A stretch of DNA of 64,000 bases from an uncultured SAR86 cluster bacterium (GCA_902514645.1 CABXRO010000004.1:474-64473); one strand, 5' to 3'; counted from the stretch's first letter, positions 1-10,511 are shown. Made by a program: numbers and translations. The notes: generated by a model from the letters alone, not told the origin.

Positions 1-323
1 AACCTTTAAATCGAAAGCATTATACAACTGCAAAAAGAGAGTAAAATTGATTAAAAAATAGCAAAAATGCTAGTTTTTGCACTTTTATTGAAAAATGAAT
101 GAATCAATAAAAGACAATCGATCAAAATCGCGCAAAGTATAGTACTTTCGGGCTTTTTTACCAGCTGTAAGGCATAGTTTTTTCACAAATTTCACAAAAA
201 ATTATAAGATTTTTCATATAGGTTATAAAAAAATATTTTTTTATTCTTTTTAAATTAAGAGTTTTCATTCATTTCCCAACACTTTTTTGTTCTAATAAAA
301 ATATAAGAAGTAAGGAGATACAA

Positions 324-1331
324 ATGAGGCAAATGCAGCTCGAAAAACCAGGTGGATTGGATAAATTTAAACTTATCGAAGTGGATGTTCCCAAGCCAAA
401 GGAAGATGAAATATTAATTAAGGTAAATGCAAGCAGTCTCAATTATCATGATTTGATGTGCGCTTTGGGTTTGATACCCACTGACGATGGAAGAGTGTTA
501 CTTGGTGATGCTGCTGGTGAGGTCGCTGAAGTAGGCTCAGCTGTGCAAAATTGGCAAGTTGGCGATCAAGTAATGAGTGCTTGTTTTCCTAATTGGATAG
601 ACGGTCCGCCCCGATACGAATTCCTCAGTTTCATTGGTGATAATCAAGATGGGTATGCTACCGAGTACATTGCAATCAAAGAAACGGCGGTCACAAAAAT
701 GCCTTCCAAATGGTCTTTACAAGAAGCAGCTACCCTGCCCTGTGCAGGATTAACTGCTTGGCGTGCTTTAGTTGACGAAGGAAGGCTTGAGTCAGGGCAA
801 TCAGTCTTAGTACAGGGTACCGGAGGTGTTTCCATTATCGCTTTACAGTTTGCAAAAGAAATGGGAGCCAGAGTAATTGCTACTACTTCTTCAGAAGAGA
901 AAGCTGAAAAGCTAAAAGAACTTGGCGCAGATGAAGTTATTAATTACAAAGAGCATCCTAAATGGGGTGAAAAGATCCTGGAAGTTACTGACAATGAAGG
1001 AGTGGATCATATTGTTGAAGTTGGCGGAGGAGAAACCTTCAATGAATCGATTAGAGCAGTAAAACTTGGAGGCCATATTGCCTTAATCGGAGTATTGAGT
1101 GGGCCTGCGGCTAACGAATTAGTTTTGCCGAGAATTTTTCTTAAACAGGTTAGAACTAGTGGTATTGCTATGGCTAACCATCAGTCTCAAAAAGCGATGG
1201 TTGACTATTTAGAGAACTCTAAAATTAAACCCATCATAAGCGATTCATTTGATATGTCTGAATTGGCAAAAGCCTTCCAACATCAAATTGATAACAAGCA
1301 TTTCGGAAAAATTTCCATCACTATGGAATAA
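324..1331 (+). CDS. MDR-family NAD(P)H:quinone oxidoreductase / Zn-alcohol-dehydrogenase-like protein
   Basis: 335-aa ORF. GroES-like N-terminus and Rossmann motif VQGTGGVSIIALQFAK. AAGGAG (312-317) lies 6 nt before the ATG. Confidence 0.8.
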   Translation: MRQMQLEKPGGLDKFKLIEVDVPKPKEDEILIKVNASSLNYHDLMCALGLIPTDDGRVLLGDAAGEVAEVGSAVQNWQVGDQVMSACFPNWIDGPPRYEFLSFIGDNQDGYATEYIAIKETAVTKMPSKWSLQEAATLPCAGLTAWRALVDEGRLESGQSVLVQGTGGVSIIALQFAKEMGARVIATTSSEEKAEKLKELGADEVINYKEHPKWGEKILEVTDNEGVDHIVEVGGGETFNESIRAVKLGGHIALIGVLSGPAANELVLPRIFLKQVRTSGIAMANHQSQKAMVDYLENSKIKPIISDSFDMSELAKAFQHQIDNKHFGKISITME

Positions 1332-1352
1332 ATTTAATAAAGGGTAAGAAGT

Positions 1353-3029
1353 ATGAACGAATTCGATTATATTATTCTGGGAGCAGGCTCAGCCGGTTGT
1401 GTTCTTGCTGGCAGACTGTCAGAAAATCCTAATCACAAAGTTTGCTTAATAGAAGCCGGATCTAAAGATAAAGACGTTAGGATTCATGTTCCTGCTCTAT
1501 TCGCTTACATGGGGCCAACTAGTAAAATGAATTGGGCTTTTGAAACCGAACCTCAAAAAGGTTTTGCTAAAGAAAAATTACCAGCTACAGAAGTCGTGGT
1601 CGCCGACCCAACAGGTCAAACTCATACAATGAAAGAAGAACCCGAAGAACATCGAAAAGGTTATCAACCTAGAGGAAAAACATTAGGTGGTTCGAGCTCA
1701 ATAAATGCCATGCTATATGTGAGAGGACATCGTTGGGACTATGATCATTGGTCAAAACTTGGGAATCCCGGCTGGTCTTATGAAGAAGTTTTACCTTACT
1801 TTAAAAAAGCGGAACACAATGAATTGGTAGACAATAATTTTCATGGTCAAGAAGGGCCTTTAAATGTTACTGCTGTAGAGAATAATTCAAAATATAAGGA
1901 CTTCTTTATTGAAGCAGGAACAAAATTTCATAAAGAAAATCAAGACTTCAATGGGGCTGATCAAGAAGGCATTGGTTACTATCATACAACACAAAAACAA
2001 GGCAGAAGATGGAGTGCAGCTGCAGCCTATCTTACGCCAAACTTAGATAGACCCAACCTTACCGTCTTAACCGACACCCAAGTAGATAGAATTCTTTTTG
2101 AAGGCAATAAAGCAACTGGCGTTGATTGTTTTGATAAACAAAAAAATAAAATTAATTTGAAATGTCATCGAGAAGTTATTGTTTCTTCTGGAGCTTTCGG
2201 CTCGCCGCAAATTTTAATGCGCTCTGGCATAGGTCCCAAAGAAGAATTAAATAGACATGGCATAGACACCATCTTCAATATCCCAGGAGTAGGAAAAAAT
2301 CTTCAGGATCATATCGATTACATTACTAATCATCCGGTGAATGATACGGATTTATTGGGTTTTTCATTTAAATCGCTGTTTTATCGTCAACCCCTTGAAC
2401 TTTTGAAATATCTTTTTACCAGGAAAGGACAGATGACTTCCACGGTAGCCGAAGCCGGAGGTTTTATTAAAACTGATGAAAATTTGGACATTCCAGATAT
2501 CCAACTTCACTTTGTCCTAGCAAAAATAATAGACCATGGCAGAACCATTGCTTTTGGTCATGGGCTTGGTTGTCATGTTTGTTTGTTGAGACCCAAATCT
2601 ACTGGCGAGGTAACACTTAATTCAAATGATGCTTTCGACTCGCCAAAAATTGATCCTAAATTTTTTTCTGAGAAAGAAGATATGGATGTCATGATTAAGG
2701 GTTATCGTAAAATGATGGAAATTATGGATGCTGAGCCTTTGAGACCATTTACCAGAAAAGTGCAAGATCCGATTGATATAAGTAGTGATGCAGATATTGA
2801 AGCTGCAATGCGTGCTCGAGCAGATACCGTCTATCATCCTGTGGGAACTTGCAAAATGGGTTCTGATGATATGAGCGTTGTGAATCACGAACTCAAAGTG
2901 CACGCGCTGGAAAATGTTCGAGTTGTTGATGCCTCTATCATGCCAACTTTGATTGGAGGGAATACAAATGCGCCAACCATCATGATTGGTGAAAAAGCAG
3001 CTGACATGATCAAATCATCTTGGGTTTAA
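1353..3029 (+). CDS. GMC-family FAD oxidoreductase (choline/alcohol dehydrogenase-like)
   Basis: N-terminal FAD fold DYIILGAGSAGCVLAGRLSE. GMC signature GGSSSINAMLYVRG. C-terminal active-site region HPVGTCKMG. Confidence 0.85.
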   Translation: MNEFDYIILGAGSAGCVLAGRLSENPNHKVCLIEAGSKDKDVRIHVPALFAYMGPTSKMNWAFETEPQKGFAKEKLPATEVVVADPTGQTHTMKEEPEEHRKGYQPRGKTLGGSSSINAMLYVRGHRWDYDHWSKLGNPGWSYEEVLPYFKKAEHNELVDNNFHGQEGPLNVTAVENNSKYKDFFIEAGTKFHKENQDFNGADQEGIGYYHTTQKQGRRWSAAAAYLTPNLDRPNLTVLTDTQVDRILFEGNKATGVDCFDKQKNKINLKCHREVIVSSGAFGSPQILMRSGIGPKEELNRHGIDTIFNIPGVGKNLQDHIDYITNHPVNDTDLLGFSFKSLFYRQPLELLKYLFTRKGQMTSTVAEAGGFIKTDENLDIPDIQLHFVLAKIIDHGRTIAFGHGLGCHVCLLRPKSTGEVTLNSNDAFDSPKIDPKFFSEKEDMDVMIKGYRKMMEIMDAEPLRPFTRKVQDPIDISSDADIEAAMRARADTVYHPVGTCKMGSDDMSVVNHELKVHALENVRVVDASIMPTLIGGNTNAPTIMIGEKAADMIKSSWV

Positions 3030-3102
3030 AAATATAATCCTTATGGTAGACAAAAGGACTTACGAGCTTTAAATTAGACCTTCAATTTATTAGGGAGAAA
3101 AA

Positions 3103-4080
3103 ATGATAAAAACAAAAATCACCGAAATGTTCGATATTGAACATCCAGTTATTCAAGGAGGAATGCACTACGTAGGTTTTGCAGAAATGGCTTCTGCTGT
3201 TGCCAATGCTGGAGGGTTAGGAATAATTACAGGTCTAACCCAAAAAACTCCTGATGACCTAGCTAAAGAAATTGCAAAATGTCATGAAATGACCGATAAG
3301 CCTTTTGGGGTGAATTTAACTTTCTTACCTGGCTTTCAAGAGCCTGATTATCCCGGTTACATCAAAGCAATTGTCGAAGGTGGAGTAAAAATCGTCGAAA
3401 CTGCTGGTAGAAGTCCTGAAGCTTACATGCCTGACCTTAAAGGTGCTGGTATTAAAGTCATTCACAAATGTACCTCCGTGAGACATTCGCTGAAAGCAGA
3501 AAAAATTGGCTGTGATGCAGTTAGTGTCGATGGTTTTGAATGTGGTGGTCATCCAGGAGAAGATGACATACCAAATATGATTCTATTACCAAGAGCAGCT
3601 GAAGAACTTTCTATTCCTTTTGTTGCCTCAGGAGGTATGGGTAATGGTCAACAACTTGCAGCTGCCCTTTCCATGGGCGCAGACGGTATCAACATGGGTA
3701 CAAGATTCATTGCAACTAAGGAAGCTCCAGTGCACCAAAACGTCAAAGAAGCTTTGGTTGCTGCCTCTGAATTGGATACAGAATTGATCATGAGACCTTT
3801 GAGAAACACTGAAAGGGTTTTGGCTAATGATGCGGTGCAAAAAATCCTGGAAAAGGAAAAAGCTTTAGGTGATGAAATCCAAATCACCGACATCATGGAC
3901 GAGGTTGCTGGCGTCTATCCAAAAATCATGCAAGAAGGCACCATGGATGCTGGCGCTTGGAGTTGTGGCATGGTTGCTGGCCTAATTCATGACATTCCGA
4001 CTTGTAAAGAGCTAGTTGAAAGAATAGTTTCTGATGCTGAAGAAATTATCAAAAGCAGGCTCTCACAATTTGTAGCTTAA
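3103..4080 (+). CDS. nitronate monooxygenase (NMO / 2-nitropropane dioxygenase family, FMN TIM barrel)
   Basis: 325 aa. Family-typical pattern HPVIQGGMHYV ... VETAG ... SGGMGNGQQLAAALSMGADGINMGTRF. Confidence 0.8.
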   Translation: MIKTKITEMFDIEHPVIQGGMHYVGFAEMASAVANAGGLGIITGLTQKTPDDLAKEIAKCHEMTDKPFGVNLTFLPGFQEPDYPGYIKAIVEGGVKIVETAGRSPEAYMPDLKGAGIKVIHKCTSVRHSLKAEKIGCDAVSVDGFECGGHPGEDDIPNMILLPRAAEELSIPFVASGGMGNGQQLAAALSMGADGINMGTRFIATKEAPVHQNVKEALVAASELDTELIMRPLRNTERVLANDAVQKILEKEKALGDEIQITDIMDEVAGVYPKIMQEGTMDAGAWSCGMVAGLIHDIPTCKELVERIVSDAEEIIKSRLSQFVA

Positions 4081-4095
4081 AAAGCTTAAAAAAAA

Positions 4096-4134
4096 ATTCC
4101 CTGGAAAGCACTACGTTTTCTGGGGAATTTTTTT
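4096..4134. terminator. intrinsic terminator between convergent genes
   Basis: 12-bp stem (4096-4107 / 4117-4128, two G-U pairs on the + transcript) with a 9-nt loop. An A-run lies upstream and a T-run (4128-4134) downstream. Confidence 0.6.
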
Positions 4135-4990
4135 ATGCAATGGCTTTGATGTAATCAGGTCCTAACCCGCAACATCCCCCAATAATAGATGCTCCTAAGT
4201 CATTCCAAAGATTCTTATATTCAATGAACTGTGCGATGGACAAATTCCTAGGTTCTACTTCTATATCATTATCTAAAGTCCAATCGAATGGCACTCCAAA
4301 AATGTTTGGATAACAACCAATTGGTTTATTCGTAAGTTTGGATAATTTTTTAATGCCTTCGGTAATCGCTATAGGATCGGTGCAATTAAAAAGATAGGCG
4401 TCAGGATTAAAACTTTCTGCAAGCTGAAAGGCATCTTCAATGGTTTCTTTGCTTCTTAGTCTGCCACTTTTATCTTCTAACAAAGTCCATGAAAGCCAAA
4501 TTTTTTTATCTTGCTTGGCCTTATTTTTTAATGCTTTTAACACGTTTGAAGTTTCCGCAATTGAAGAAACCGTTTCACATAAAAAGATATCAACGAAAGA
4601 ATTAAGCTCATCAATTAGTTCTTCATAAATAGGCATAGAATCTTCTTCTTTTGGCACTAAATCCGGTCGATAACTTTCATCGAGAGGCGGCAAACTACCT
4701 GCAACCAAGATTTCTTGGTTATTGTTATCAGCTACCTCACGTGCAATAGCCCCAGCCTGTCTTATCAAGTCTTTCATTAAGTGTGTTTTATTCTCTTTTT
4801 GCAGATAACTGGGGATAGTTGAATAAGTGTTAGTGGTAATCACTTCGGCACCCACATCAACATAAGCTTGATGAACTTCTTTTACTAGATTTGGAGAGTC
4901 AATAAGAAATTGCGCAGACCATAAACCGGAAGAGGGCTTATTGGTACGTTTGAGCAATTCATTGCCCATGCTGCCATCTAAAATAATCAC
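4133..4990 (-). CDS. homocysteine S-methyltransferase (MmuM/BHMT-like)
   Basis: 285 aa. Opens MIILDGSMGNEL. Zn-ligand cysteines in FLCETV and the C-terminal IIGGCCG motif. Confidence 0.8.
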   Translation of the reverse strand: MIILDGSMGNELLKRTNKPSSGLWSAQFLIDSPNLVKEVHQAYVDVGAEVITTNTYSTIPSYLQKENKTHLMKDLIRQAGAIAREVADNNNQEILVAGSLPPLDESYRPDLVPKEEDSMPIYEELIDELNSFVDIFLCETVSSIAETSNVLKALKNKAKQDKKIWLSWTLLEDKSGRLRSKETIEDAFQLAESFNPDAYLFNCTDPIAITEGIKKLSKLTNKPIGCYPNIFGVPFDWTLDNDIEVEPRNLSIAQFIEYKNLWNDLGASIIGGCCGLGPDYIKAIA

Positions 4991-5439
4991 AAAGATTTTT
5001 CAGCTTCTTGATTGATGTACTTTTTTAATTGTTCAAGTTCATCACAAGAGGTAGGACAAAGTTCTTTGAGTTTATTCAAATTAACTTGAGCCAGTCCAGG
5101 ACGTTCTGTTTCAATAAATAATTCGCCTTGATACTCAAGGGCAATTTTATTTTCAGGGTCTAATTCAAGAGCTTTCTCGTAATTGGCTTCTGCCTTTTTA
5201 TAATTTTTTAACTTTCTTTGCGCAAAAGCATATAAGGTCCAGCCATCGGCATCTTTTGGTTTAAATTTAGTATATTTTCCAAGGACTCTTAAAGCTTTGC
5301 GATATTCCTCATTTTTTAAATGACTGGTTGCTTTCTCATAAAGTTCAGAAGGATCAACTTTTTTGTCGTATTTAGCTGCATGCAGCGAAAAAGAAAAGAC
5401 TACTAAGCCTATAAGTACCAAGATTTTAAAAACCTTCAT
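4987..5439 (-). CDS. exported TPR-repeat protein
   Basis: Signal peptide MKVFKILVLIGLVVFSFSLHA. TPR-like A/Y/L periodicity (YRKALRVL, YKKAEANYEKALELDP). 4-nt overlap with the downstream gene. Confidence 0.65.
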   Translation of the reverse strand: MKVFKILVLIGLVVFSFSLHAAKYDKKVDPSELYEKATSHLKNEEYRKALRVLGKYTKFKPKDADGWTLYAFAQRKLKNYKKAEANYEKALELDPENKIALEYQGELFIETERPGLAQVNLNKLKELCPTSCDELEQLKKYINQEAEKSL

Positions 5440-5848
5440 TTTCTCCTACCTTTGTTTCAATATTTAATTGACCAGCCAACCCAGCCACTCTGTGTTGGGC
5501 ACTTTCAATATAATCAGGGTCTGAAATCATTTTCAACATGGCCTTTCTATTTGGGTACATAGCAATAGCAACTTGATCCCAAAGGTCTTCCACCTCGCCT
5601 AACATAAGCCTTGTTACATCTGAGCCAAAGATGGGTTTACCTCCCACTTTTTCAAGATGGCCTATCACTTCCTTGCCATAGATTGCATAAGCCTCTCTGC
5701 CCGTAAGATTAGTTTCACGTTTATCGGGATATTCTGCCTTTTCTTTGAACTTCAAAAGATTGACCATGAATATAGGCTCATCATGGCCCTCTTCTAAAAA
5801 CTCTTCCATTTGTTTTTCATTTGGCATCACTTTATTTTCTACTTTCAT
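5426..5848 (-). CDS. DUF1330-like protein
   Basis: 140 aa. Pattern PIFMVNLLKFKE ... AIAMYPNRKAMLKMISDPDY resembles the DUF1330 family. 14-nt overlap with the TPR gene. Confidence 0.6.
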   Translation of the reverse strand: MKVENKVMPNEKQMEEFLEEGHDEPIFMVNLLKFKEKAEYPDKRETNLTGREAYAIYGKEVIGHLEKVGGKPIFGSDVTRLMLGEVEDLWDQVAIAMYPNRKAMLKMISDPDYIESAQHRVAGLAGQLNIETKVGENEGF

Positions 5849-5872
5849 TTTTAGAGCTCCTATGAATTTTAA

Positions 5873-7171
5873 TTAAATATTTTGGTATTCTTTTATCGCC
5901 TCTTGATCGGCTTTGGCATCCTCTCTAAATGCTTTCCAAGGTTTGAGGTTTAAATCCGGCATTACCCCTTTGCCCATTTTTTTGATTTGTTGGTAAAACC
6001 AAGCCTGAGCGCTAAAAGCATTAATTGCCTGAATCAATCTAAAAGGACTGGTTGGTGATAACCACCATGGACCAATTGATAAAGTTTTTTCATACTTTGG
6101 TAATTCATCGATCTGTCCAGCTAATAATTCTTTTATCGCATAAGGATTGGCACAGAGAGGTCTACCAACTCCAACAATTTCGCAGGCTCCTTCTGCTAAT
6201 GCTGCTTCCATACCCTCTTTGGTACGAAATCCACCGGTTACCATCAATGGAATATTTACAACCTTTGCTATTTCCTCCGCATAAGAAAGAAAGTATGCCT
6301 CTCGAGCAATGCTACTTTCTTTTCTATTTTCACTCCTCTTCGGATTGATACTTACCTTATCCAAGCCCAATAATCTTGGTTGCTCGTAAGTTCCTCCGGA
6401 GATTTCAATATTGTCTATCCCTGAATCGCTGAACAATTTTGCTACTTGAACGGAGTCCTCTGGAGAAAAGCCACCTTTTTGAAAATCTGCAGAATTCATT
6501 TTTATAGAAATCGCAAAATCGTTGCCCACTTCTTCTCTGCATTTTTTGATGATTTCTTGATGGATTCTAGCTCTATTTTCCAATGAACCACCCCAAGCGT
6601 CTGTTCTTTGATTGATATCAGGAGATAAAAATTGAGACAAAAGGTAACCATGAGCGGAATGCAACTGGATGCCGTCAAATCCTGCCTCTCTGGCAATTTT
6701 TGCTGTAAATACAAAACGGTTGATGACATCTTGAATATCTTCCTCAGTCATAGGAATCGGTTTACCATATTTCCTACCTGGAATTTTTAATTGCACATCA
6801 GATGGTGACATTGGACTCATGTTGATCTCACCCGGAGTTTGTCTTCCGGCATGAGAAATTTGCATCCAAAGTCTACTGCCTTCTGCAGTTGCAACTTCAG
6901 CCCATTTTTTTAGCATCGGCATTTGTTCTTTATAAGTGTCCTCCTCAATAGCTACATTAGCAGGACCTTCTAAGTTTCCTCGATGAACCTGAACATTGCC
7001 AGTTAATAAAATTCCAATCTCGCCTGCACCCCACATTTTATAGAGTTCAATATGCTTTTCGTTGGTGAAATTATTTCCTAATGCAATTCTTTCAGTCATT
7101 GCAGCTTTGCAAACTCTGTTTTTAATAGTTTGTCCGCAAGGCAGGGTTAATGGATTATTGATATTTGTCAT
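5873..7171 (-). CDS. NADH:flavin oxidoreductase, Old Yellow Enzyme family
   Basis: 432 aa. OYE signature QLHSAHGYLLSQFLSP plus a C-terminal extension. Confidence 0.85.
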   Translation of the reverse strand: MTNINNPLTLPCGQTIKNRVCKAAMTERIALGNNFTNEKHIELYKMWGAGEIGILLTGNVQVHRGNLEGPANVAIEEDTYKEQMPMLKKWAEVATAEGSRLWMQISHAGRQTPGEINMSPMSPSDVQLKIPGRKYGKPIPMTEEDIQDVINRFVFTAKIAREAGFDGIQLHSAHGYLLSQFLSPDINQRTDAWGGSLENRARIHQEIIKKCREEVGNDFAISIKMNSADFQKGGFSPEDSVQVAKLFSDSGIDNIEISGGTYEQPRLLGLDKVSINPKRSENRKESSIAREAYFLSYAEEIAKVVNIPLMVTGGFRTKEGMEAALAEGACEIVGVGRPLCANPYAIKELLAGQIDELPKYEKTLSIGPWWLSPTSPFRLIQAINAFSAQAWFYQQIKKMGKGVMPDLNLKPWKAFREDAKADQEAIKEYQNI

Positions 7172-7201
7172 CGACTTCCTAAAAAATTAAAAAAATATAT
7201 T

Positions 7202-7230
7202 TTGACATGTCAACTGTCAATAGTTAGATT
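7202..7230. promoter_or_regulatory. palindromic divergent-promoter element (TTGACATGTCAA plus a third TGTCAA half-site)
   Basis: A perfect 12-bp palindrome (7202-7213) gives a TTGACA -35 hexamer on both strands. On the + strand a 17-nt spacer leads to TAGATT (7225-7230), and GGAG (7260-7263) precedes ATG 7269. Confidence 0.35.
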
Positions 7231-7268
7231 ATTTAAGTATATTTACCAAACTTAAGTATGGAGCATTT

Positions 7269-8327
7269 ATGAGAATTTTGAAAATTTTAGGAGTCATTGC
7301 TGTCCTCTTTGCAATTGTTTTTATTTCTTTAAGAATCCCTTTTGTACAAGATTTGGTGATAAGAACAGCAGTCTCAAATTTAGCTTCAGCTGATAGCCCC
7401 TTTCCAGATGAAGATGCGCTAAGTGCTCTTATTTGTGGTTCAAGATCGCCCTTACCATCGCCTGGAAGAGCACAAACATGTGTTGCTGTAAAAGCGGGAG
7501 AGGATATTTTTATAGTTGATATTGGAGATGGCGCAGCGGTTAATTTAGGAAAATACAGCGTTCCAATAAATCAAGTTAAAGCAGTTTTATTTACTCACCT
7601 CCACTCCGATCATATTTCAGACTTGGCTGATCTTCATTTAGGAACTTGGTTGCCAGGTCGTCCGCAAGCACTTCCTGTCTATGGTCCTGAAGGCACGGAT
7701 ATCGTTACTACAGGCTTCGAAATGGCATATAAATTAGACTATGGATTCAGAAATGAACATCATGGTGAGGCGCTTGCGCCACTTAAGTCTGTCGGCTTTG
7801 ATACAACCATTGTCGATTTGGACAATCCAGTTATTTACGACGAAAACGGTTTGAAAATTACGGCCTTCAAAGTGACACATGAGCCAATCGAGCCTGCCCT
7901 TGGTTATCGTTTTGATTACAAAGGAAGATCCCTAGTCATAACTGGAGATACTTCTTACGACGAAAACATAGCCCTAAATTCAAAAAATGCTGATGTGTTG
8001 ATTGCTGAAGCACAAGCCAACCATATTATAAATATTATGCAGGCGGCAATTTTAGAACGAGATCCTAATCAGCCTTTAGCAAAAGTACTTGAAGACATAA
8101 AGACTTATCACATGACGCCAGTGGAGGCAGCTAAATTAGCAAACATGGCAAATGTTGGACACCTGATTTTTTATCACCTTACTCCAGCTCCGCGAAACCG
8201 AATAATGGAGAACGTTTTTGTGAGAGGTGTTGATGAGATTAGAACAGATTGGACCTTATCTAGAGATGGGACATTCGTAGTCTTGCCTGTTGGTACAGAA
8301 GAAATAAAGGTCTCTGATTTAAATTAG
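7269..8327 (+). CDS. membrane-anchored/exported MBL-fold metallo-hydrolase (RNase Z-like fold)
   Basis: N-terminal TM/signal ILKILGVIAVLFAIVFISL. Canonical HLHSDH (HxHxDH) motif. Confidence 0.75.
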   Translation: MRILKILGVIAVLFAIVFISLRIPFVQDLVIRTAVSNLASADSPFPDEDALSALICGSRSPLPSPGRAQTCVAVKAGEDIFIVDIGDGAAVNLGKYSVPINQVKAVLFTHLHSDHISDLADLHLGTWLPGRPQALPVYGPEGTDIVTTGFEMAYKLDYGFRNEHHGEALAPLKSVGFDTTIVDLDNPVIYDENGLKITAFKVTHEPIEPALGYRFDYKGRSLVITGDTSYDENIALNSKNADVLIAEAQANHIINIMQAAILERDPNQPLAKVLEDIKTYHMTPVEAAKLANMANVGHLIFYHLTPAPRNRIMENVFVRGVDEIRTDWTLSRDGTFVVLPVGTEEIKVSDLN

Positions 8328-8376
8328 AAGTTTTACTTTGATTGCATTAAGATAATTATCACTCGGGGGAGAGAAA

Positions 8377-10485
8377 ATGAAAAAAAATATCAGCTTTTTA
8401 ATTTTTACGGCATTAATTTTTGTTGGATGTACAGATACTTCATTGGAAGTGGTGGATTTTTCTATTGCAGATAAACCTGTATCTGGTCCTAGCAAAGACT
8501 ATAACGAATTAAGAAATGCCTACTTTGGTGATCTTCACGTTCATACAAGATATTCATTTGATGCTTACGTATTTGGTACAACTGCCTCTCCTGATGATGC
8601 TTACAGATATGCTAAAGGTGAAACCATAAAGCATGCTTTAGGTTTTGATATGAAGCTTAGGGAGCCATTGGACTTTTATGCAGTAACTGATCATGGTTTT
8701 TTTCTAGGAATGATCCAAGCTTGGGCTGATACTTCAACCTATGCATCTACTCTTCCTGGTGCAGAGATTTATCACAATATAAATGCTCCAGAAAACCAGA
8801 CTTTAGAGTCTTCTGCATTTCGACTTGGTAGCTTCAGAGGTGCCGTTGAAGCAATCGCAAATCCTTATCCTTGGTATCATCCAAAATTTATACAAGCTTT
8901 TTTATCCAATCACATTCAATTAGCTGTCCAGTCTTTTGATGATGAAACGCATAAATCATCTTGGGCAGATGTAGCAAGATCTGCTAATGAGCATAATGAT
9001 CCAGGAAATTTCACAACCTTTATTGGGTATGAATTTACGACTTCTACGGATGTTGAAAATGGAAATTTACATAGGAATGTAATCTTTAAAGGATCTAAAG
9101 CGCCTGAAAGACCGTGGACTAGAATCGACTCTATTAATCCAGAAGATCTATGGGCTTGGATGGATAAGCTCAGAGATAAAGGTATAGATTCTATTGCAAT
9201 GCCACACAACTCAAATGGATCAAATGGACAGATGTTTGAAGTAGAACAATTTGATGGCTCTCCCATTGATAAAGAATATTCCGCATTGCGAATGAGGAAT
9301 GAGCCTATTGTTGAAATGACTCAAGTTAAAGGCACAAGTGATACTCATCCTCTTTTATCGCCAAACGATGAATGGGCAGATTTTGGCATCATGAATTCAA
9401 GAGTAGGAAGTTTTCCCAGAACTTACTCTTTACCTGCGGGGGGTTATGTCAGAGATGCTTTTTTTAGAGGTATGGTCCTTGAATGGGAAGATCGAGGAAA
9501 TCCTTATAAATTTGGTTTAATTGGCTCTTCCGACACACATACTGGAGCTTCGTCTTATGATGAGTCTGATTTTTGGTCAAAAATAGGAATCATTGATGCT
9601 ACTCCTGAAGGAAGAGGTTCAGTACCAGTGACTGACTATCAACAAACTATTTTAGGACGTCAGAGTAATTTTGGTGATACCGGCTTGCCTATTGAAATTT
9701 ACCAAGGTCAAGAAGGGACTTATTTAGAGTCAGGATTTACTCAATGGGGTGCATCGGGTTTGGCTGCAGTTTGGGCTGAAGAAAACACTCGAGAGTCTAT
9801 TTTCAGTGCCTTAAGAAGAAAAGAAACTTTTGCTACCAGTGGGAATAGGATTTCAGTTCGTTTCTTTGGTGGCTATCTAATGAATGAGCTTGATCTTAAC
9901 AGTGAAAGTATCATCAGCGAGGCATATCGCAACGGTGTTCCTATGGGTTCTGACTTAGTTTCCAAAGGTAGCGATGTCCCTAACTTTTTTGTTTGGGCGC
10001 AAAGAGCAAAAAATGGAGCTCCACTGCAAAGAGTTCAAATAATCAAAGGTACAATAAATCAATTTGACGCTGAGCCAAAAGAAGTTGTCTATGACGTAGT
10101 TTGTTCCAACGGCGCTAAAGTCAATCCTGTAACAAATAGATGTCCAGATAATGGCGCTACGGTAAATACTGAAACTTGTGAAATATCTAATGATGTAGGA
10201 TCCGCTGAACTTAAAACCGTTTGGACAGATCCTGATTTCAATAAAAATGAAAAGGCATTTTACTATGTTAGAGTTTTGGAAAATCCCAGTTGCCCATGGA
10301 CTACTTGGGATGCAATAAAAGCCGGATTGAAACCTAGAGAAGACTTGCCGAAAACTTTTCAAGAACGAGCTTGGTCAAGCCCAATTTGGTACATTCCAAA
10401 TGTTCCAAATCCGGGTGGTGTTTTTACAATCAGATCGATAATGGATAGCGTTCAAGAAACTGAAGAACCTTTAAATACTAACTAG
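8377..10485 (+). CDS. DUF3604-family lipoprotein (PHP-like metal-dependent hydrolase fold)
   Basis: Lipobox FVGC after the signal peptide. PHP-type GDLHVHTRYSFDAY motif. About 700 aa with a Cys-rich C-terminus typical of DUF3604. Confidence 0.7.
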   Translation: MKKNISFLIFTALIFVGCTDTSLEVVDFSIADKPVSGPSKDYNELRNAYFGDLHVHTRYSFDAYVFGTTASPDDAYRYAKGETIKHALGFDMKLREPLDFYAVTDHGFFLGMIQAWADTSTYASTLPGAEIYHNINAPENQTLESSAFRLGSFRGAVEAIANPYPWYHPKFIQAFLSNHIQLAVQSFDDETHKSSWADVARSANEHNDPGNFTTFIGYEFTTSTDVENGNLHRNVIFKGSKAPERPWTRIDSINPEDLWAWMDKLRDKGIDSIAMPHNSNGSNGQMFEVEQFDGSPIDKEYSALRMRNEPIVEMTQVKGTSDTHPLLSPNDEWADFGIMNSRVGSFPRTYSLPAGGYVRDAFFRGMVLEWEDRGNPYKFGLIGSSDTHTGASSYDESDFWSKIGIIDATPEGRGSVPVTDYQQTILGRQSNFGDTGLPIEIYQGQEGTYLESGFTQWGASGLAAVWAEENTRESIFSALRRKETFATSGNRISVRFFGGYLMNELDLNSESIISEAYRNGVPMGSDLVSKGSDVPNFFVWAQRAKNGAPLQRVQIIKGTINQFDAEPKEVVYDVVCSNGAKVNPVTNRCPDNGATVNTETCEISNDVGSAELKTVWTDPDFNKNEKAFYYVRVLENPSCPWTTWDAIKAGLKPREDLPKTFQERAWSSPIWYIPNVPNPGGVFTIRSIMDSVQETEEPLNTN

Positions 10486-10511
10486 TATTAAACAGAGAAT
10501 TACTAAGCATA

